Positions 59,587 through 64,000 of a stretch of 64,000 nt of DNA are shown one piece after another. Location of the stretch: contig CAXXJS010000010.1 of the NCBI GenBank assembly GCA_963662665.2, positions 128,001-192,000 of the forward strand, given 5' to 3'. The notes under the pieces were generated by a model that made no database searches, was not told the DNA's origin, and was given only the letters and a program-made list of their open reading frames with translations. Each line of letters begins with the position of its first letter. Within the stretch, counting starts at the first letter, position 1. The DNA is from Candidatus Latescibacterota bacterium (GTDB taxonomy: Bacteria > Latescibacterota > UBA2968 > GCA-2709665). The position numbers and the translations under genes were made by a program.

Positions 59587-61059
59587 ATGGACAGATCCTC
59601 GGAAAAAATCGGCAAAGAAGGACTGACTTACGACGATGTGTTGTTGATTCCGGGAAAATCCGAAGTATTGCCCAACCAGGTGGATCTGACCACGCAACTC
59701 ACCCGCAGGATCAGGCTGAATATCCCCCTGGTGAGCGCCGCCATGGATACGGTTACCGAAGCCCGGCTGGCCATTGCGCTTGCCCAGGAGGGCGGTATTG
59801 GAATTGTCCACAGGAATCTGTCCATCGAAGAACAGGCCGAAGAAGTGGCCAAGGTGAAGCGCTCGGAAAGCGGGATGATCGTCGATCCGTTGACGCTTTC
59901 ACCGGACAATTATATTCGAGAAGCGCTTGAGATGATGTCCAAGTATCGAATTTCCGGTGTGCCGATCGTAGATGGCGTCAATCGGCTGGTGGGCATCCTG
60001 ACGAACCGTGACCTCAGGTTCGAGAAAGACGTCCATCGGAAGGTGTCCGAGGTGATGACGCACAAGGGGCTGGTGACGGCGCGGTTGGGGATCTCACTGG
60101 AGGAAGCACAGGAGATTCTCCAGGAACATCGAATCGAGAAGCTGCCCGTTCTCGATGATAACGGTGTGTTAAAGGGCTTGATCACTGTAAAGGATATAGA
60201 GAAAAAAATCCAGTACCCGCACGCCTGCAAAGACAAACTCGGTAGGCTTCGCGTGGGCGCCGCGGTGGGGGTGGGGAACGATCTGGAAACCCGCGTCGGA
60301 ACACTGGTTGACAGGGACGTGGATGTCATTGTCGTGGATACGGCGCACGGACATTCCAGGGGCGTCCTCGAAGCCGTCGAACGCATCAAGAATGCCGTTC
60401 CCGGAACCGAAGTGATTTCCGGGAACATCGTAACCGCCGAAGCGGCCCGGGACCTGATTCTGGCTGGAACCGATGCCGTGAAGGTGGGTATGGGGCCTTC
60501 GGCAAGTTGCACCACCCGGGTGATCGCCGGAGCCGGAGTACCCCAGGTATCGGCCATTATGGACTGCGCTGAAGTTGCGGAGGAGGCCGGCGTCCCGGTG
60601 ATCGCGGACGGCGGAATCACGCAGTCGGGCGATATCACCAAAGCCGTCGCGGCCGGCGCCAATTCCGTGATGATCGGATTCCTGTTCGCCGGGACGGACG
60701 AGAGTCCCGGCGAGACGGTTATCTACCAGGGACGTACGTTCAAGGTCTATCGGGGTATGGGTTCGCTGGGGGCCATGCAGCGTGGAAGCAGGGACAGATA
60801 TTTCCAGGGAGACGTTGAAACCAACAAGCTGGTGCCCGAGGGAATTGAAGGCCAGGTCCCGTACAAAGGGTCGATTTCAGGGTTCATCTATCAGCTCATT
60901 GGCGGGCTGAGAGCAGGCATGGGTTATTGCGGCGCGAGAACCATTACGGAACTCCGCAGAAACGGCCGATTCGTGAGAGTGTCGTCTGCCGGCGTTCGTG
61001 AGAGCCACGCGCACGACGTGTCGGTTACGAAAGAAGCGCCAAACTACCGGCTGGAGTAA
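59587..61059 (+). CDS. guaB: IMP dehydrogenase
   Basis: [21 protein letters not shown] pair, DTAHGH, CTTR, IADGG, YRGMGS, EG.EG.V. Confidence 0.97.
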   Translation: MDRSSEKIGKEGLTYDDVLLIPGKSEVLPNQVDLTTQLTRRIRLNIPLVSAAMDTVTEARLAIALAQEGGIGIVHRNLSIEEQAEEVAKVKRSESGMIVDPLTLSPDNYIREALEMMSKYRISGVPIVDGVNRLVGILTNRDLRFEKDVHRKVSEVMTHKGLVTARLGISLEEAQEILQEHRIEKLPVLDDNGVLKGLITVKDIEKKIQYPHACKDKLGRLRVGAAVGVGNDLETRVGTLVDRDVDVIVVDTAHGHSRGVLEAVERIKNAVPGTEVISGNIVTAEAARDLILAGTDAVKVGMGPSASCTTRVIAGAGVPQVSAIMDCAEVAEEAGVPVIADGGITQSGDITKAVAAGANSVMIGFLFAGTDESPGETVIYQGRTFKVYRGMGSLGAMQRGSRDRYFQGDVETNKLVPEGIEGQVPYKGSISGFIYQLIGGLRAGMGYCGARTITELRRNGRFVRVSSAGVRESHAHDVSVTKEAPNYRLE

Positions 61060-61144
61060 AACAGCGGCGGCGGAACGGCACACGGCAGATGGTACGTTAC
61101 ATCTGCCGTTTCATTTGGATATCCCTGGTACCCGGGAGGCGAGC

Positions 61145-62272
61145 GTGCATATCGACATCGAGGAAATTCGGGCCGGGTTCCCGGTAACGCGGAATTGGAT
61201 TTACATGAATCACGCTGGTATCGCACCCATCTCACAGTCCGTCTACCGGGCAATGGACGGCATGCTCCGGGACCTGACCCGCAACGGCATGGCAAACCTG
61301 CCCGAATGGGACGAGGTATGTTTGCAGACGCGGGAATCGGCCGCACGCCTGATCGGCGCAAACGCGGCGGAGATTGCCTTCGTCAAGAATACATCCGAAG
61401 GTATCCTGATGGTGGCCAACGGATTGGCGTGGCGGAAGGGCGACAACGTCGTAATCCCCGACAGGGGATTTCCAGCCAACGTCTACCCGTGGCTGAACCT
61501 GAGTTCGGAAGGCGTAGAGGTCCGGCGAGTTCCCGAGACAGACGGCCGGATTCCGCTGGAATGCCTGTTGAACGCCGTCGACGAACGGACGCGTGTGCTC
61601 TCCGTAAGTTCGGTGGAATTCGCAAGCGGATTCCGGCACAACCTGCGGGAAATCGGGAGATTTTGCCGAGCGCGGGGCGTTCTATTCTTTGTGGATGTTA
61701 TTCAAAGCCTGGGGGTGCTGCCCCTGGACGTGGCGGAAGCCGAGATCGATTTTCTTTCGGCCGACGCTCACAAATGGCTCCTGGGTCCAGAGGGGATCGG
61801 CGTCTTCTATTGCTCCCACCGCGCCCGGCCACACCTCCGCGTGGTGAACCTGGGCTGGGCGAACGTGGTGGAACCGAGGGATTTTCTGTCCTACGATACC
61901 ACGCTGTTGCCGGATGCGCAGCGGTTTGAATGCGGCACGTTGAATACGGTTGGCATCCATGGGCTGAAGGCCAGCCTTGAACTCCTTCGTTGCGTAGGGA
62001 TCGAGCGGATCGAAGGGATTGTGCTGTCTTTGACCGATCGACTCTGTGCCGGGCTGAACGAAAAAGGCTATCGGGTGGTCAGTTCGAGAGCCCCCGGCGA
62101 AGGGTCGGGCATCGTCGTCTTTCACCATTCCCGAATCGACACGGAGGCGATTTATCGGAAGCTGTGTGACGCACGGGTCGTCTGCGCGATTCGGGGGGGA
62201 CGTATCCGGCTGTCGCCGCATTTCTACAATACCGAAGAGGAAGTCGATCGCGTGCTGGGAATCATCCCTTAA
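61145..62272 (+). CDS. PLP-dependent aminotransferase class V
   Basis: YMNHAG, NTSEG, VD.IQ..G, AHKWLLGPEG, RLSPHFYN; lacks the SufS RxGHHCA motif. Confidence 0.88.
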   Translation: MHIDIEEIRAGFPVTRNWIYMNHAGIAPISQSVYRAMDGMLRDLTRNGMANLPEWDEVCLQTRESAARLIGANAAEIAFVKNTSEGILMVANGLAWRKGDNVVIPDRGFPANVYPWLNLSSEGVEVRRVPETDGRIPLECLLNAVDERTRVLSVSSVEFASGFRHNLREIGRFCRARGVLFFVDVIQSLGVLPLDVAEAEIDFLSADAHKWLLGPEGIGVFYCSHRARPHLRVVNLGWANVVEPRDFLSYDTTLLPDAQRFECGTLNTVGIHGLKASLELLRCVGIERIEGIVLSLTDRLCAGLNEKGYRVVSSRAPGEGSGIVVFHHSRIDTEAIYRKLCDARVVCAIRGGRIRLSPHFYNTEEEVDRVLGIIP

Positions 62273-62329
62273 TGTCAACGGCGAAAATCAGCAATCAGCA
62301 ATGAGCTCTCAGCCGTCGGCCAAAACCAG

Positions 62330-62369
62330 ACCTCTCCCCCCGGCCCCCTCTCCCAAGGGAGAGGGGGAG
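62330..62369. repeat. REP-like GC-rich hairpin
   Basis: CCCCCTCTCCC-AA-GGGAGAGGGGG; related CCTTCCT-TC-AGGAAGG near 62476. Confidence 0.5.
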
Positions 62370-62548
62370 CAAGGCGGGATGTCGCCATGTCGACTTTCCG
62401 AAAACTATCTGAATGATAGGAAATCGCCGTCCCGGCACGTGCGCAAGCCCTGTACATTGGCCCATCACCATTCCCCCTTCCTTCAGGAAGGCGGTTACGG
62501 GGCAGGTGTCACCTGATTCGACATTTCCGAACCGTGAAGGATTGTATC

Positions 62549-62965
62549 ATGACGGAACTTGCGACCGGCGAGGTCCAGGATCTTCTGGATGTTCTGAAAA
62601 GTGCTGTAATCGAGGGAAATTCCCACGCGTTGGGGCAGGTCCTCGCAAAGGACGTGTGCGCGTTTTTTTCGGGAGGAGACACACCGGTACGCGGCAGGGA
62701 GGCGGTGCTGGCAACATGGGATCGGCACTTCAAGCGCTGGACCGACGTTCGAATCGTGCGAAGGGATACCTTGGTGGGAACACAGGGGTGTGTGGCCTGG
62801 GGGCACTTTCTCTGGGACGGCGAAGGCACGATGGGCGAGCAACGCTACAGGTTGGAAGGCGAGCGGTGGACCGTGGTTCTTCAATTTAATAGCGGATCCT
62901 GGCGGTTCGTACAGATGCATTCGTCCATGCCATACAGGGATTGGGAATCCCATCGGGCGGAGTGA
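62549..62965 (+). CDS. SnoaL/NTF2-like domain protein
   Basis: GREAV...W, RWTVVL....GSWRFVQMHSS C-terminal pattern. Confidence 0.75.
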   Translation: MTELATGEVQDLLDVLKSAVIEGNSHALGQVLAKDVCAFFSGGDTPVRGREAVLATWDRHFKRWTDVRIVRRDTLVGTQGCVAWGHFLWDGEGTMGEQRYRLEGERWTVVLQFNSGSWRFVQMHSSMPYRDWESHRAE

Positions 62966-63013
62966 TTTTCCCGGAAATGCGTAGGCGACGACCGATTTCA
63001 GGAGGGGCATGCG

Positions 63014-64000
63014 GTGGAGGGATTGCCCGAGACGATTCTGCAATTTGGCGGTGGCAATTTTCTCCGGTCGTTCGCCGACGTGTTCGTTCACGAGGCGAAT
63101 GCCGGCGGTGATGCCGTGGGGCGCGTCGTGGTCGTACAGTCCACCGAGGGCAATCGTGCGGCGCTGCTGAACGCGCAGGGCGGGCGGTATCACGTGGTTT
63201 TCAGGGGTCTGGTGGATGGGCGGGAAATTGACAGAACGCTCGAAGTTCGGAGTGTCAGCCGGGCAGTACTCGCGAAATCCGAGTGGACGAAGGTGATGGA
63301 GGTCGCCCGGTCGCCGGCTTTGCGCCTGGTCATTTCCAATACGACCGAAGCGGGTTACAAGCTCGTTGACCAAGACATTCCCGAAACCCCCCGCTCCTTC
63401 CCCGCCCGACTGCTCTGCGTTCTTCGAGCACGCTACGAAGCCGGTCTGACGGGTCTTTCGGTGTTTCCCTGCGAGCTGGTAGAGCCGAATGGCGAGTTGC
63501 TGCGGGAACTGGTGCTTGCCCAGGCCGATGCCTGGCGTATGGAAGCGGGGTTTCATGACTGGATCCTCCGGGAGGTGGGTTGGGTGAACACGCTGGTGGA
63601 CCGGATCGTAAGCGGCAGAACGCAAGCGCATCCGCATCTGGCGTCGGACGAACTGCTGACGGTAGCGGAGCCGTTTGCACTCTGGGTGGTGGAGGGGGGA
63701 GCGGGGGATCTCTTCGCGCACCGTTGTGTCCGATTCGTTGACGACGTCCGACCGTATGCATTGCGGAAGGTGCGCATCCTGAACGGAGCGCATACGGCAC
63801 TGGTGTGCAAGGCGCTTCCATTGGGATTGGAGACGGTCCGGGAGGCGGTTGAGGATCCGGTGGTCGGACCGTGGCTGAGGCGCCTGGTTTTCCAGGAAAT
63901 CGTGCCCACGCTCGAGGATGTCGTGGAAGATGCCGGACGGTTCGCGGAACAGGCCCTGGAGCGATTTGCCAACCCCTTCCTGGATCACCGGCTTGAGGAT
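63014..64000 (+). CDS. uxaB: Altronate oxidoreductase / tagaturonate reductase (partial, runs off window)
   Basis: Translated by hand: LPETILQFGGGNFLR, SNTTEAG, PCEL, NTLVDRIV, RKVRILNGAHT, RFANPFLDH; AGGAGG RBS. Confidence 0.9.
   Translation, partial: MEGLPETILQFGGGNFLRSFADVFVHEANAGGDAVGRVVVVQSTEGNRAALLNAQGGRYHVVFRGLVDGREIDRTLEVRSVSRAVLAKSEWTKVMEVARSPALRLVISNTTEAGYKLVDQDIPETPRSFPARLLCVLRARYEAGLTGLSVFPCELVEPNGELLRELVLAQADAWRMEAGFHDWILREVGWVNTLVDRIVSGRTQAHPHLASDELLTVAEPFALWVVEGGAGDLFAHRCVRFVDDVRPYALRKVRILNGAHTALVCKALPLGLETVREAVEDPVVGPWLRRLVFQEIVPTLEDVVEDAGRFAEQALERFANPFLDHRLED

Noticed and set aside
62286-62320. AATCAGC tandem repeats as a CRISPR or VNTR
   Set aside because: Only two or three degenerate 7-mers, with no spacers and no cas genes.
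62495-63988. 497-aa minus-strand ORF
   Set aside because: Antisense shadow of the SnoaL gene and uxaB on the plus strand.

Overview
GC-rich bacterial chromosomal segment, mostly core genes; the long SecA and the TPR-exbB-exbD-exbD-tonB-TPR layout suggest an FCB-group-type organism (inference only). It carries queC, a CIRCE-controlled groES-groEL, secA-nusB-ribH-ribBA-ribE-ribD, a SpoIVB/S55 peptidase with a beta-propeller partner, rlmH, and a ~19 kb co-oriented aromatic amino acid supercluster (trpEGDCF-tyrS-aldolase-trpBA-CM-aroG-tyrA-degenerate aroA-aroE-menG-argS-aroK-aroB). It also carries mnmA, an AT-rich hicBA module, comM, fabV, a TonB energiser operon, guaB and a partial uxaB. The strongest hidden signal is an unannotated 34-codon leader peptide with 7 Tyr/Phe/Trp codons in a 10-codon run. 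It sits between a near-consensus promoter and a mutually exclusive antiterminator/terminator in front of the aromatic supercluster, i.e. a candidate tri-aromatic, Tyr-dominated attenuator. Other signals are an EPSP-synthase pseudoenzyme in the same cluster, an orphan ~240-nt structured sRNA candidate downstream of rlmH, and up to three families of miniature inverted-repeat elements. I saw no rRNA, tRNA or CRISPR array. All calls are by eye; no searches were run.
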